A stretch of 64,000 nt of DNA from positions 90,770,001 to 90,834,000 of the forward strand of contig NC_087437.1 in NCBI RefSeq assembly GCF_036321535.1. The letters run 5' to 3'. Positions 13,041-25,100 of the stretch are shown here, one piece after another. Positions within the stretch are counted from its first letter, which is position 1. Each line of letters opens with the position of its first letter. A model generated the notes under the pieces. That model searched no databases and was not told the DNA's origin. It worked only from the letters and a program-made list of their open reading frames with translations. The position numbers were made by a program, and so were the translations under genes. The DNA comes from Camelus dromedarius. Taxonomy: Eukaryota.

Positions 13041-13744
13041 ATTATTTAAGAGTATATAAAATGCAGTATTTGATATGAATATTTTGAATTTAATTTTGAT
13101 TTTAAAAAATTACCTAAGAAAAAGGAGAAAAAATGAGGAAAAAAGTAGATTAAAAAGAACTCAACAAGGAATAGAAGAAAACAATTTTTTTGTTTGTTTC
13201 TTGTTCTGTTATTCTATAAAGTAGTCTTGGATAATTAAAAAGTTTCAAAAGAAAGTTCTCCAAATTTTACCACAGTAATTTAACATTATGTGTAATACAG
13301 ATATACTGAGTCAGTAGCATTTTTTTTTCACTGTATCAACTAATTGGATTTTTCAAATAAGAGAGAACAGTTATCTAGCCTGTTTCTGATAGTGTTTGAT
13401 TAAGCCAGAAACATAAATCCTTCTAATTTATTAGTTATGTAATAGGACTCTTTAAAGAATTTACCTGAAAACAGATGTGGAAAAACTTAGCATCTCAGAG
13501 AAAAAGTAAATACACTCATATACCACAAAATATATGATTTAATAAAATTTATTGTTTATTTAAGTCATGAGCTGTTCCACTCAAGTCAAAAGATACTTTG
13601 TTCCAGAAGGGATTAAAAAGACTTACAAATTTGTCTCTAGTATTTAAAACTTCACTTGCCTATAATTTTACAATGAAGTTTCATTCCTGTTACTACATAT
13701 ATGACAAACACAAACCCCTATTTTTTTAAGGATCCAGAGAGTAT

Positions 13745-14615
13745 TTTTTTAAATTGACATTGTTACTGAGATAATTGTTGATTCACATGGAGTTATAACA
13801 TATAATACAAAAGATTCCTTATACACTTTGCTCAGCTATTCCCAATGATAATATTTTATAAAAATGTAGTACAGTATCACAGAGAGAATATTGATATTGA
13901 TACCTTCCACCCATCTTCAGAATTTTCCGGTTTTATCTTTATACTTTGTGTGTGTATGTGTGTGTCTAAGTTCTATACAATTTTATCACCCTGTGTAGGT
14001 TATAGATCCACCACCATAGTCAAGATACTGAGTAGTTTCAACACCACCTTACCCTTTTATAATCATACCTGTCTCCTTGCAGCCCGCTAACCCTTACTCA
14101 GTTCCTAAAGCCTGGCAACTACTATTCTATATTTTTAATATTTGAGATTTCAAAAATGTTACATGAAAGAATCATACTGTATATAATCTTTTAAGAATGA
14201 CATTTTTCATTTAGCATTATTCTCCAGAGATTCATTCAACATTTTTATGTATCAAGAGTTTATTTCTATTTATTGCTGAGTAGTGTTTCATAGACTGGAT
14301 ATACCATTATCCCATCAAAGGACATAGGGGCTGATTCCAGTTTGGAGCTATTGCAAGTAAAGCTCCTATGAACATTTTTCAATGCAGGTTTTTGTGTGAA
14401 CATAAATTTTCTGAAAATAATGCCCAAGGGTGCAATTATTGAGTCCTATGATAGTTACATGTTTAGTTTTATAAGAAACTGCACATTATATCAGATTGGT
14501 TGTACAATTTTATGTTTCTATCAGAAATGTATGAGTGATCCGATTTCTCTGCATCCTTATTAGCCTTCAATTTTATCAATTTTTTTTAATTTGTCCATCT
14601 TGTAAATGTGTAGTA
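13745..14615 (-). mobile_element. L1 (L1MC1/2-like) 3' end plus ORF2 end
   Basis: 'gagataattgttgattcacatggagttataa...gtacagtatcaca...attgatattgatac' 3' UTR, then reverse ORF2 motifs 'tttatttctatttattgctgagtagtgtttcat' and 'tgtttagttttataagaaactgc'. Confidence 0.8.
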
Positions 14616-15065
14616 GCCTCTATGTTTTGAATTTTAGGAAGTCATTTTGCTAAGTCCCTCTTTTCAAAAATATTCCTATGATATTCCAAGGAGTGAAAAA
14701 TGATCCACCACAGATCAGGATTATTTGTTGTGTCAGACTGAGTTCTGAATCTAGTGAAATGTCTCTATTCTTCTTATGAGCTCACTCTACATGTTATTGG
14801 TTACTGTAAATTTTTGGTATCTCTCATTACGTTTATAGTTACATTGCATTTCTGTTTATCTTCCTGGAACTCGCTCATATTTTACTACAATCATGGCAAA
14901 GGCAAGGCCTCAACATGTAACAAGATTTTACAAACCATTTGGAGAAATTAAAATAGATTGATACTATAATATAATATAATTTCTGTTAGCTATAACTGTT
15001 CTGAGAGCCACTTTACTAACTTTGAATGGCTTCATGATGAATTCCTCTCTCCCTATTTTTAACAG

Positions 15066-15149
15066 AGCAGCTTCTGTCGGAGGTAGCCCTGCATACCATG
15101 TCGTCTCTACCTGGAGTTCCAGTTTTTGCTCTTACTCCTCTCACCACCG
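15066..15149 (+). other. Candidate exon (84 nt, frame-preserving length)
   Basis: Acceptor 'tctctctccctatttttaacag|', donor 'CCG|gtaaac'; more GC- and CpG-rich than its flanks; two frames open (QLLSEVALHTMSSLPGVPVFALTPLTT or AASVGGSPAYHVVSTWSSSFCSYSSHH); product not recognised. Confidence 0.4.
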
Positions 15150-15589
15150 GTAAACACAGATTGCATGCATTCTGAGTGGTTATTTGGATTCTAATTGTAA
15201 TTACCCTATGAGCAAAACTGGCTCAAAACTATACACAAACTTTCCAAGCCCAGGCAATATTATCCAGAGGAAAACCAGATTAAATCCATAGTTTTAAAAA
15301 ATAAACCTTTCCTAGAGAAGCAACAGTGTTTATAAAACTGCAAAAGATCATACACATACATGTTAACAAGCAGAAAACTTAGTTTTCCAAACTAAGCCAT
15401 TTATTTAATGTGGCTTCAGAGTTTTTACCCAATGAATGGATCTATTTTAGGATTTACTGAATTTTAATGTTGCAAATCCTAGTATAAACTTAAGCTAAAA
15501 ACAAATTGAGAGCATACACGCTTATGTTACTGCAAAGTATACAGTGTAAATTCCCTCCAAGCACACCTGGATCCAAGGATTTAAACTAA

Positions 15590-15960
15590 TTTAGGACTGG
15601 CTTTTTGTCTCCTACTCTTGGCTTTGTTCATCTTGGCATGGCTTAGTTCACAGACTTAGTCTCTTCACATAGATACATGGTAGTCTCTTCACATAGGTAC
15701 ATGGTAGCCTTCAGAGTTCCAAATTTACTAGGTTTATAACCTTTGATACCAGTAAAGAGATATCATCGATTCTAATTCAAGGAAAGACTCTGATTGGAAT
15801 GATACTTGAACATACTGGTGGCCAAGATCATGAAACTCCTCCCCGAATGTTTAGACCAGGGTCAGGGATCTATTACCTGGGCATTTAAATCAGGGCTTCA
15901 GGCATACTTTATCCACATGGCCTTAAAAAATTGTCAAGTCAGGGAAAGACAAGTCTCCAT
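15590..15960 (-). mobile_element. Old MaLR LTR (MLT1J/K-like) fragment
   Basis: 'tctcttcacat...atggtagcc' and 'aaggaaagactctgattgg...ggtggccaag'. Confidence 0.45.
15657..15707. repeat. 24-bp tandem duplication
   Basis: tagtctcttcacatagatacatgg / tagtctcttcacataggtacatgg (1 mismatch). Confidence 0.9.
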
Positions 15961-15999
15961 AGAACTGGATTCTTGGTAAAAAAAATATCTATGTACTGT

Positions 16000-16120
16000 C
16001 CAATTTCATGATTTTCCAAAACAAAAGAACAAGAGGCTCAATGATTAAAGTTTATCTCTGCAGAATGGAAATGCTCTCAAATTTAAAGTCTTCACTCTCC
16101 ATACTCTTTCCACTGAAGTT
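16000..16120 (-). mobile_element. MIR fragment
   Basis: 'gtccaatttcatgatttt...gaggctca...ctctttccactg'. Confidence 0.35.
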
Positions 16121-16324
16121 CCAACACTTTTACCACCGATGTGTGTAGAGTTCATGCTCAAAATAGTATTTTTTTATCCTCTCATTTCAACAATTTATGC
16201 AGAAGAACGGCATCTTTCAAGTATATAGTGAAAGGAAAGAAGTATAGTCTTGAGATGGAGATAATGGAATATTACACACAGCCTTCCAAGGCCTGTCTTG
16301 GGAGAATTTCACTTTTCCCTATTT

Positions 16325-16850
16325 GTGATTTCATTCAGGATAACGGTCCAGAAAACAGAAAACATTTTATTTTTTCAAAGAAAAAAAGGATTTAATGCAA
16401 GGCATTACATACTTGCCAATTATTGGAAAGTCTGGAGAAACAAAAATGAAGTGGCGGCCAGTGGATTAGTGATTTCAAATGCATACTCATACCTTAATTT
16501 TAATCCAGAAGAAAAGGCACTGCTGCTGCTTCTGCCTCCTCAGCTGTCCCCACTTTTGAAATTGCTGGCTTCTGCCTCAGCTGCCTCAGGGTTCTCTCAA
16601 AGTTGGAGTCTAGACTTTGGAGAATTGAGGGAAGTCTCCAATATTTACATCCCTTTGGCCTTCTGGGCTGGCAGTAGCTGCAGCAAGATGATGATCTGTT
16701 CCTCAACTCATTTTCCACAGCTTTAACACATGTCTCTCATTGGTGGAATTTATAAATTGAATCCATAACTGACTTCAAGGAAATCTGAGTTCTATAATAT
16801 GTTGCTTTTCATATATCGAAGTACTAGAAAGCTGGTAGTAAAGGATCCGG
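16325..16850 (-). mobile_element. ERVL LTR (LTR33-like)
   Basis: 'ggtccagaaaacagaaaaca...ggatttaatgcaagg...ttggaaagtctggag' and 'tctctcattggtggaa...caaggaaatctgag'. Confidence 0.55.
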
Positions 16851-18780
16851 AGTACCAGTCAAACAAACAATATACAATATAATTAAATACATGTGTTTAT
16901 GTATATGTATACATAATACACATATGCAGTACATTTCCAAAACCTGGTTGTGATAAATGAAATTAAATATATTACCCTTTTTGTGTAAGATTCCAGGACA
17001 TATCATTTTTATTTTATTTATTCTTATGAAATAAAATATACAGTCAAAATAATTTGGTGTACACTGTGTAGAAAATAGTAATTTTTAGAACTCTCATCTA
17101 CTTAGTATTGCTGCTTCTATGAGTAGACTTAAGAAAGAAAATGATATAATGATGCTGGACATCGATTTATGGCACTGTAATTGAGATTGTACTAAAATCA
17201 CAGCAATTTTTGAATCAGTACTTAAAAAAAAATTTAGTAGGTTTTCCTTATGGAAGCAATTTATATATTCTGTTCCTCAAGTATTTCTTTTCTCTGGGCT
17301 CACACAAGAAGGTATAGTGATTATTTTTCAAGTTTTTATTCTTATTCTCTAGTGTAAAATACATTTTCCTGATGGGCTTCATCAACTTTTTTTTCTTTTC
17401 CCTTTTTTCCTTTTTAAAAAATATGCTTCAGCAGAACAGAGAATGAGACTATTTTGAAATTGATGGGCTGGCTAGTACTTTTCATTCATTCAAGGTGGCA
17501 CTCTTGACAAGATGTATATTATTTATACCTGCTTTTGCAGTCTATCCATAAGACGAAATTTAGGAAGAAAAAATAAAAATAGATTGTTATTTGGTAGGTG
17601 AATCAAAGGTTTCATTAATGTACAACAATGTCTTCACTGGCATGCTGGGGTTAAAATTATTTAAAAGGCTTCAAACTGGTTATTCAAGCTGTCTCATTTA
17701 CTGTGTAATTCAATGTGACAGTTGAAAGAAACCTATTTTGAAGCATAGTTATTTGACATTGATATTTAATTTTTATATATTTATTCTCTTCAGTAAAATT
17801 ATGTTGCTGAATGTCTAAACCAATATGCATGAGATTTTAGATCTTCTAAAATTTCTTATACATAGTGTTTTACTTGTGGTACTCAAGGAGTAATTGTTGG
17901 TAACATACAACTTTCTGGGTGGGTGAATTAAATACAAGCATAGAAAAGAGAGAGTAATGAAACTTGTGGGAAAAGGCACCAGTACAGTTAATGCATGCTA
18001 ATTAAATTAACACAATTTAGCCAAACTTATGCAGCAGAAAAGTTTCTAATGAAAACACTAATACTTTTAATAAAATACAGGAATTTTTGAACACTTTAGT
18101 ATTTTCTGTTAATCATCAGTCTTTTAATAATGGTACCATCTTTTGGCATCTCAAGTAGAAATATTTTGTGTAGTAAGAGATATACATTATAATGAAAATG
18201 TCTTGAAAACAGAATTATTTCTGAAGTGTAATTTCTTTCAGAGTAATAATATGATTTACATCACGTCTTTCTTAACATGTCATATCATTTATGATATTAA
18301 CTAGTTTATTTTGATCATACATGGAATCTGTTGCTGTCAAGAATATGAGACAACTTCCCCTGGAAGAAAGGAAAAATTCAGGCTCTGCTTCATAGTATCA
18401 GATGTTAAGGTTTAGGTAATAGTGAGGATGTTGACTAGAAAGATAATGACATGAAAAGCAACTTTACACACAAGGGGCATTAAAATCCCTGAATCCCCGC
18501 ATGTCCCAAGCCAGTTAATTATGAGACAAATTCTCCTGGTTGCAGTGTATCAAAAAGAATTTTTAGCCTGAGGAGAAGATTCCTAAGCTATGGAAAATAA
18601 CCATTCATACCAGTTTTTTTCCTTTTTACATTTTACTTAATGCTAGTTCCTTCTTTCTATCATGAATAATCTTTTAGCTTCACTATACCTATATTTCAGG
18701 CAAGGAAAAGTCAATATGGATGACAGCAATGGGATATCATTACAGATGGGCAGCCTAAAGGAGAATTTCATTAAAAAAAT

Positions 18781-18836
18781 TATATATGTATAGATATCTA
18801 TCTATATCTATATCTATATGTATATCTATATACATA
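18781..18836. repeat. (TA)/(TATC)-rich simple repeat
   Basis: Directly visible. Confidence 0.85.
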
Positions 18837-19486
18837 TTAGGCTATCTTTGGTACTTTCAATAATAGAACTCATACTGGGTATACAGGGTTTGGAGTAATT
18901 CAGATCTATATTTAAATTTTCATTCTCTGTTTTTTTCCCCAAATTACTCCTATTTACTGATAAGGTAAATGTACCTTTTATCAATGATTAATCCCAGATG
19001 TAATAAGAATGAAAAAAAATAATATTTGATATAGTTTGAACTTCATTGGTCCACACTGAAGTTTGATTTGCTCTGGGATGTTTATCTTATGGTGTTATAT
19101 AATTGAGTGATTATCTAACATATTTACAAATTTCTGATATTTGCATTTTCCCAATGAAATGAGTGTCAGATATAAACTTAGGAATTTTTTAATAGTTACT
19201 CATAAATTCAAGGTTTTCCTAGTTGTTTATTCATATACTTAAACTTCTGCAATAGTTGTCATCCAAATCTGAAAGCTCAGGAATTAAGTAGAAAAAAAAT
19301 CAGAATGAGGCTAACATAAACTTCAGTATTTGACAGAGAAATTCATATCATCACTTTCAAGTTAAAGAAAGAAAATTCAGGTTCTACTTATCCTATTAAG
19401 AAGCATTTACCTCCAGTTTACTTTATAATTATTTTTACACAGAAGTATATCTCTATGAATACTTATTCACATATATCTGTAGGTAT

Positions 19487-19601
19487 AATTTTATCTGAAA
19501 ATATTAAAACATATATTTGAATTATTTTTTAGAAGAAATTTTAACACCTTTGAAAACTTAAATAAGAGACTCAAAGTAGGTTTTTAACTAGTAACCTCTA
19601 G
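19487..19601 (+). repeat. Diverged local duplication, copy 1 (partner 21716-21834)
   Basis: Colinear blocks 'aatttta.ctgaaaat', 'attaaaacatatatttg', 'ttaaataagagact.aaa.taggtttttaa.tagta.cctc.ag' shared with copy 2. Confidence 0.85.
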
Positions 19602-20444
19602 CCATATAAAAGACGATAAAGCCAAAAAATTTTGTAAGATTTTATTTTTCTCATCAATCTTATGCCTATATTATCAAATAGGTGTGATCATATTATACAT
19701 GAAATTTTAAGCCTTATTCAATTAACTTTCAATTATAACTGTTTCTCAAGTCATTAGCTACCCAAAAATGTTTTCCAGGAATAGAACATTAATAACTATT
19801 AAGCACAAATATGCTCATTGAAGTTATTACAGAATGTCAGTGAGTACATAGCATTATTATAAATTCTGAGCATATTGTTTATTGGAAAAATTTCTAGACA
19901 GGGAGGGCATCAGGCAACGTAAGTTCTGATACTGACTATTACTAAATTAATGAGTTCTGTATTTCTACCTCTAAGTGCTGATGCTGGCTATACTTAGGAA
20001 TCTGTATTACATAGTTATACTTGGTTAAAGCTTTTTATTTTTTGTCTTCTTCCCTTTCTTCTTTCACCCATTAATTTATTTTCCCAAACAGCCATGCACT
20101 CATCCAATCATTCTTTTATACATTGAGGAAATGTCTATTGTCTAGTGGTTTCCAGGCATTTGGAAAAAGGGTTGAACAAAACAAAGATCCTTACCTTTGC
20201 AGATCTTATTACTATCTATGGTGAGGAAGGAGCCACAAATAATTTCTCTATGGAAAATATATTGAACTGGATTAAAAGTGCATGAGAACACACCAGCTGT
20301 ACTGAGGAGAACCAGCTTGCCCTTCATTGTGTGTCTGTTTCTCTGGCATAATTATTAACTGTATCCTTTCAATCTCAAAAATGTTACTCAGATAATTTAA
20401 GTAGTAGATGATATATGTGTCACACATATCAGAATTTTATAAGG

Positions 20445-20770
20445 TAGCAGCCCTCCATCCCTTGTTTTACAAATAAAGGAAGCAATATTCTAAGTAGTTT
20501 GATGACTTACCTATGATAAAATAACCAATTAATGGTAGAAATGCACAGCTTGATGGGACAGGCAAAGCTGGACTTTGGAGTGACATAGACCGTGGGTGGA
20601 TTACAGCTCGCCACTAGGTTTGTGATCTTAGAAATTACTCTAATTCTCTAAGTCTTCGAGTCATGACCACGTGAATTCTGATATCCTCGTCAAAGGATAT
20701 TATGAAAATTAGAAGAGAGAATGTTCTTGAGCAGCCTAGAGCAATAGACTTAAAATGAGCTCAATGTTAT
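20445..20770. mobile_element. Two MIR fragments in opposite orientation (about 20445-20540 minus, 20560-20770 plus)
   Basis: 'cccttgttttacaaataaaggaagc...tgacttacc' and 'ggactttggagtgacatagacc...tgtgatcttag...gagctcaat'. Confidence 0.55.
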
Positions 20771-21715
20771 TCCCTCTGCTAAAAGAGAAAGTGCTCTCAC
20801 CCACTGACTTCTGTAGAATAAAGGAACACTTACAAGGTCCTTAAACATGGATAAAATCAGGGAGGAATATTTGGAATTTTCATAGTGTTAGTGAAAAGAC
20901 TATTCTGGATTGATCAAAAGTTAAATAATCAAAAGATAGCATAGAAAGATATATTTTCAAATATGAAAAGAGAACTAACATGAACCTAAAGGACTGACAT
21001 GGTTACCCTTCCAAGTGAAGTCTGCTCCAGACTGGGAGAGGTGTAATGACCAACCCTGTTTATATCACAACTTCCAGCTGGAAGTTCAAGGGAGAAATTA
21101 AGCAGTAGTTTACTAAAGTAGAGACAACCTTGTCAAATATCTCAGAAACGGAAAAAAAGAGGAAAAAATCATTTTTGTGGATATGGAACAGATGCCAGTT
21201 TAAGCTCTACAACTATTTTGGTATTCTTATAACGTATATGTCTAAAGCAATAGCATTATATGACGTATTGGATACATTCAATGAAATACAAATCTGCAAA
21301 TGGGCTTTGATTTGAGGAACCATCTGAGTTTACTGCAGGATGATAACCTAGCACAATGTGGAGCACACATGCTGAGCACCCTTACACAGGCAGATCTTTA
21401 GTACATCATACTGTAGTGTTTAGTGATTTATCTAAGGTTTTGATAAATTATCTAAGGTTTTGAGTATATTCTCATGTGATTTATATACTTTTTACAAAAT
21501 ATAACATGTTTTTGTAATTTTACTATGAAGTTAAGCCCAAAGATCACTAACCCAGGAACTTTGCCAAGTGTTGTCATTCTGTTTTTCTTGAGGACTCACA
21601 AGGCACTAAATATTTCCTCATGGTAAGCCATAATTAAAAAAATTAGGAATAAATTTCAGATAGCATGATAGCATTTCTGATAGGCAAATATCATCACTTT
21701 TATTTTAAAAAGTGC

Positions 21716-21834
21716 AATTTTAGCTGAAAATATGATTAAAACATATATTTGGATGATTTTTGGGAGAGCTTTTAATCAGCATTTAGAAAATTAAATAAGA
21801 GACTTAAACTAGGTTTTTAATTAGTAGCCTCCAG
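21716..21834 (+). repeat. Diverged local duplication, copy 2 (partner 19487-19601)
   Basis: See copy 1; 'atatcatcacttt' is also shared upstream of both copies. Confidence 0.85.
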
Positions 21835-22462
21835 TATTCTGAGAAGAAACAAATCATAATGAATAATAATGATAACTTAACCATGTTAACAAGGAGTAGA
21901 AGTTGTCATATTATAAATGTTTTATTATGAAACTGACTTTAACACTTTCATTCTGTTTTATACCTGTTAGGGTATTTTTTGATTTCATATACTAGACTGT
22001 ATCCCATTTCTCGGTATCTGTTTTGACATGTACGTAAATCAGAGATAGACTTTATTAAAGGCTTGACTCATAGATTATGTGAGGAAGACTACTGTCTTGC
22101 ACTTGTATGTAAACTTCTCAAGAATGTATGCAGTTATTTTTCCAGTTTGCTTATATACAGTTTCCTTACTCAATATATGTCATGTGTATTGAATTTGGTG
22201 ATGATGTCTTGAAATTGTATTGTGATAAGTATTTTTTCGAAGGTGGAAAAGGGATGGAAGTTAACTTGATTTTGGTTTCATCCCATGAATAAATCACTTT
22301 GGCCCTTGATAGAGGAAAGTTGTCTTGGTGGTGGAAGGAAACATTTACTATTTCTATGCTGCTTCTAACTTAAAATATCCCTGAAAAAATTTAGGGGTGC
22401 CTCATTTAATTAACTAGGGATCCTTCCTGACCTTTACGATTTTAGCCCTGGAGGGCTGTTTC

Positions 22463-22558
22463 TGTTATGGTTTGAATTGTGTCCTCAGAGATGTTGAAGT
22501 CCTAACCCCCAATATCTGTGAATGTAAACTTATTTGGAAATAGGGCCTTTGCAGATGA
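22463..22558 (+). mobile_element. MLT1 (B/C-like) MaLR LTR 5' part
   Basis: 'tgttatggtttgaattgtgtcc...gttgaagtcctaacccccaata...ttatttggaaatagggcctttgcagatg'. Confidence 0.8.
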
Positions 22559-22783
22559 GCTGCTCACATTTTATTAGCATGTGACTACTGTACACAAGTG
22601 GAGTACAGTGCCCACCAAGTGATCTTGGTAGAATCAAATAGCAGATTCCAAGGCTTGTTATAAGCCACATTTGTCACTGGGCTACTAGGAAGGATTTAGG
22701 ATGGAAATCATAATTTTCCATCGGGGAAGCATCAAGCACTCCTTTTCTGCAGGAGACATTTTGGTGACCCATATGCTTGCTTG

Positions 22784-23695
22784 TGTGAAAATAAATAAAG
22801 GAAACCTCATTTAAAGTAGATTCAGGAAGCCCTAAAATGGGAGCTCTCTCACTTGTTGCAACCTACATAACCAGGAGGAAGAAGAAAGCTAAGAATTATT
22901 TTGACATGGGAGGGTATTTTTCACATAGTAATTTTGCCTGCTTTATAGAAAAGGAAGCTCTCTCCCTGCCCCACAACAATGCACTGATCACTACTTGCAG
23001 CCAATGAAAAACTGCCACAACCTCAAACTCTTGTTTTTATCCAGTGAATTTTTATTCAGAGCAGCCTTCCCCAGTTTCCTCCTGAAACCTAGTAAAAGCT
23101 AACCTCTTTGTGTCTTCAGACTTGCCTGTAGTTCACCATAGCTTGCTTGTCCTGGACTGCCATTCCTCTGCTATCCCTGAATTAACTCAACTCTGCTTTC
23201 ATAATTTATTAATTATTGTATTTGTTGGTGAAAAATTAATCAGCCGATCTAAGAAAGAAATGGAAAATTTTAGTTGAGCCAAATTTGAGGATTATAACCC
23301 GGGAACAGAATCTCAGAAAGCTCTGAGAACAGTTCCGCCCATTAGTGGTCATGGCACAGTTACGTAAGTTTATCGAGGCAGAGGGTCTGCTTTAAATGAT
23401 GTGCTATTCACAGTTTTCCGCAGTCCAGATATAAGCATCATTATGGCCTCTTGCAAGATCAAAAAAGAATGTTATCTTTTAAGGAGTTGTTTTGTAGATG
23501 CTAGGAGAATATTGCTCTTTATGGTTGAGCAGGTATTTTTGCTGATACGGGAAGTTTGGTCAATGCATAATGCAAGTACACAATGCACAGTGAGGGGAGA
23601 CAGGAGGCTAAAGTGCAGAGAAGAGATTTCTATATTTAAATTTTTCTTGTCTTGCCATAAAATCTGAATTTTATTTCACATGTTTAAGGTTGACA
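22784..23695 (+). mobile_element. ERV1-class solo LTR interrupted by a nested LTR
   Basis: TG...CA termini (tgtgaaaataaataaag ... aaggttgaca), CCAAT box, imperfect 4-bp TSD cttg/cctg; homologous to the uninterrupted copy at 54743-55213. Confidence 0.8.
23223..23680 (-). mobile_element. Younger solo LTR (MER41-like ERV1), nested
   Basis: Termini tgttggtg...atttcaca, imperfect TSD tatt/tgtt, retained CpGs; 'ttgagccaaatttgaggattataacccggg...tctcagaaagctctgagaac' resembles MER41-type LTRs. Confidence 0.7.
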
Positions 23696-24778
23696 CCTGC
23701 AAGGAGAGGAGGTGTACATCAGATAGGTCCATGATCTGACATGAGTTAAAAGTCTCATTCCCCACAGGAGCCAATGTCATTTGCCAGAATTCCATAGACA
23801 TAGCTTCCAGAGTCCTCTGAAGACATATACCTAGAGTTATCACACTCAGGGGAGCCTCAAGCTATGGCTTCTTATCAGGTAGTTTTAGATCTCTTAGTCC
23901 AGATGAAATTTGCCAAAAAAGGTTATTTTTACCATAATCTTTGTTGCTTAGAAACATGGAGAACTACCACCTTATTAAGTTGCCAGGGAACATTTAGAAA
24001 GTTAACCTAAGGTCAAATTCTCAGGAAGGAAGAGAAAATGTTTTGTTAATCTGTTACCCACAACATGTAGTAACACAGTATTTGTGGAATTAAGCTACTC
24101 ACCAGTAGTATTTTATACTTGGGAAGTGTTGAATACTTTAAACCATTGAGTGTTTCACTGTACAGCTCTCCTGTATGTTTATGTAGAAACTATGATACAC
24201 ATTAAGTAACTGTTGCCTTTGTTGAGATTTCATTCTCTTTGGTGTTTCGCTCTTCTCATTACTTCCAAATTTCTGGGGATTCTTCACAGTAGCATGTCCT
24301 CTAGTCCTTTTTATTCTATTACATCCCTTTAAATATTCTTGCTAACTTCGTTAATCATGGATCTTTTGTGCTATGATCAGCTTTATCAGGAATTTTCTCC
24401 TGTAGGAGATTTGCAGAATAATTACTACTCTGCTCATAGTTTTGGGGTATATATTGCTTAATTAATAAAGTTGTTTCCAGATGTTAGTAACACATTTTCA
24501 TTCTACTAGGAACCTTTACGTCATTAGCTTCAGGGAATGATTATCCTAGGATATTCAGGCAACATATCCAGTTTTTAAAGAATATTACTTTGACCATGCA
24601 TTGTATTCCAGAGCCCTAATACCCTTTAATCATGTTCTGTTGACCCTTTGTGTGAAGTTGAATCTCTGTATTAAATGCTTTATTTTTCTTTTGATTTGTC
24701 GTTATGTTATGGTGTTAAATCATTTTTATATTTCTTATGTTTATAAACAATATATTTACTTTTTTATATTTGAAGCTG

Positions 24779-24859
24779 TTTCTGTTTTCTTTCTTTTTTC
24801 TTTTCTTTTTTCTTTTTTTGTTTTTCTTTTTTCTTTTTTTGTTTTTCTTTTTTCTTTTT
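24779..24859. repeat. T-rich simple repeat (TTTTC/TTTTG units)
   Basis: Directly visible; explains the Phe- and Lys-rich ORFs here. Confidence 0.95.
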
Positions 24860-25057
24860 GGGATTGAACATTTTTTTACCTCTCCAGAAGCAAAATTTCA
24901 AACAAAATATGACCACACTTACAAAGACCCTTATCAAGAAGGAAAAGCACATTCAGTTTTGATCTTGATCTTGTGCAAATATGATTTTCTTAGATATTTA
25001 CCTCCTAAGAAATTTAATAAATCAGTTCTCCTGAATTTTTGAAGAGTACCTGGAAAA

Positions 25058-25059
<2 letters not shown>

Positions 25060-25097
<38 letters not shown>
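25060..25097. repeat. (CA)n microsatellite
   Basis: Directly visible. Confidence 0.97.

Positions 25098-25100
<3 letters not shown>

Noticed and set aside
16298..16726. Longest ORF in the track (142 aa)
   Set aside because: Non-ATG start, lies within an LTR33-like element, no recognisable domain
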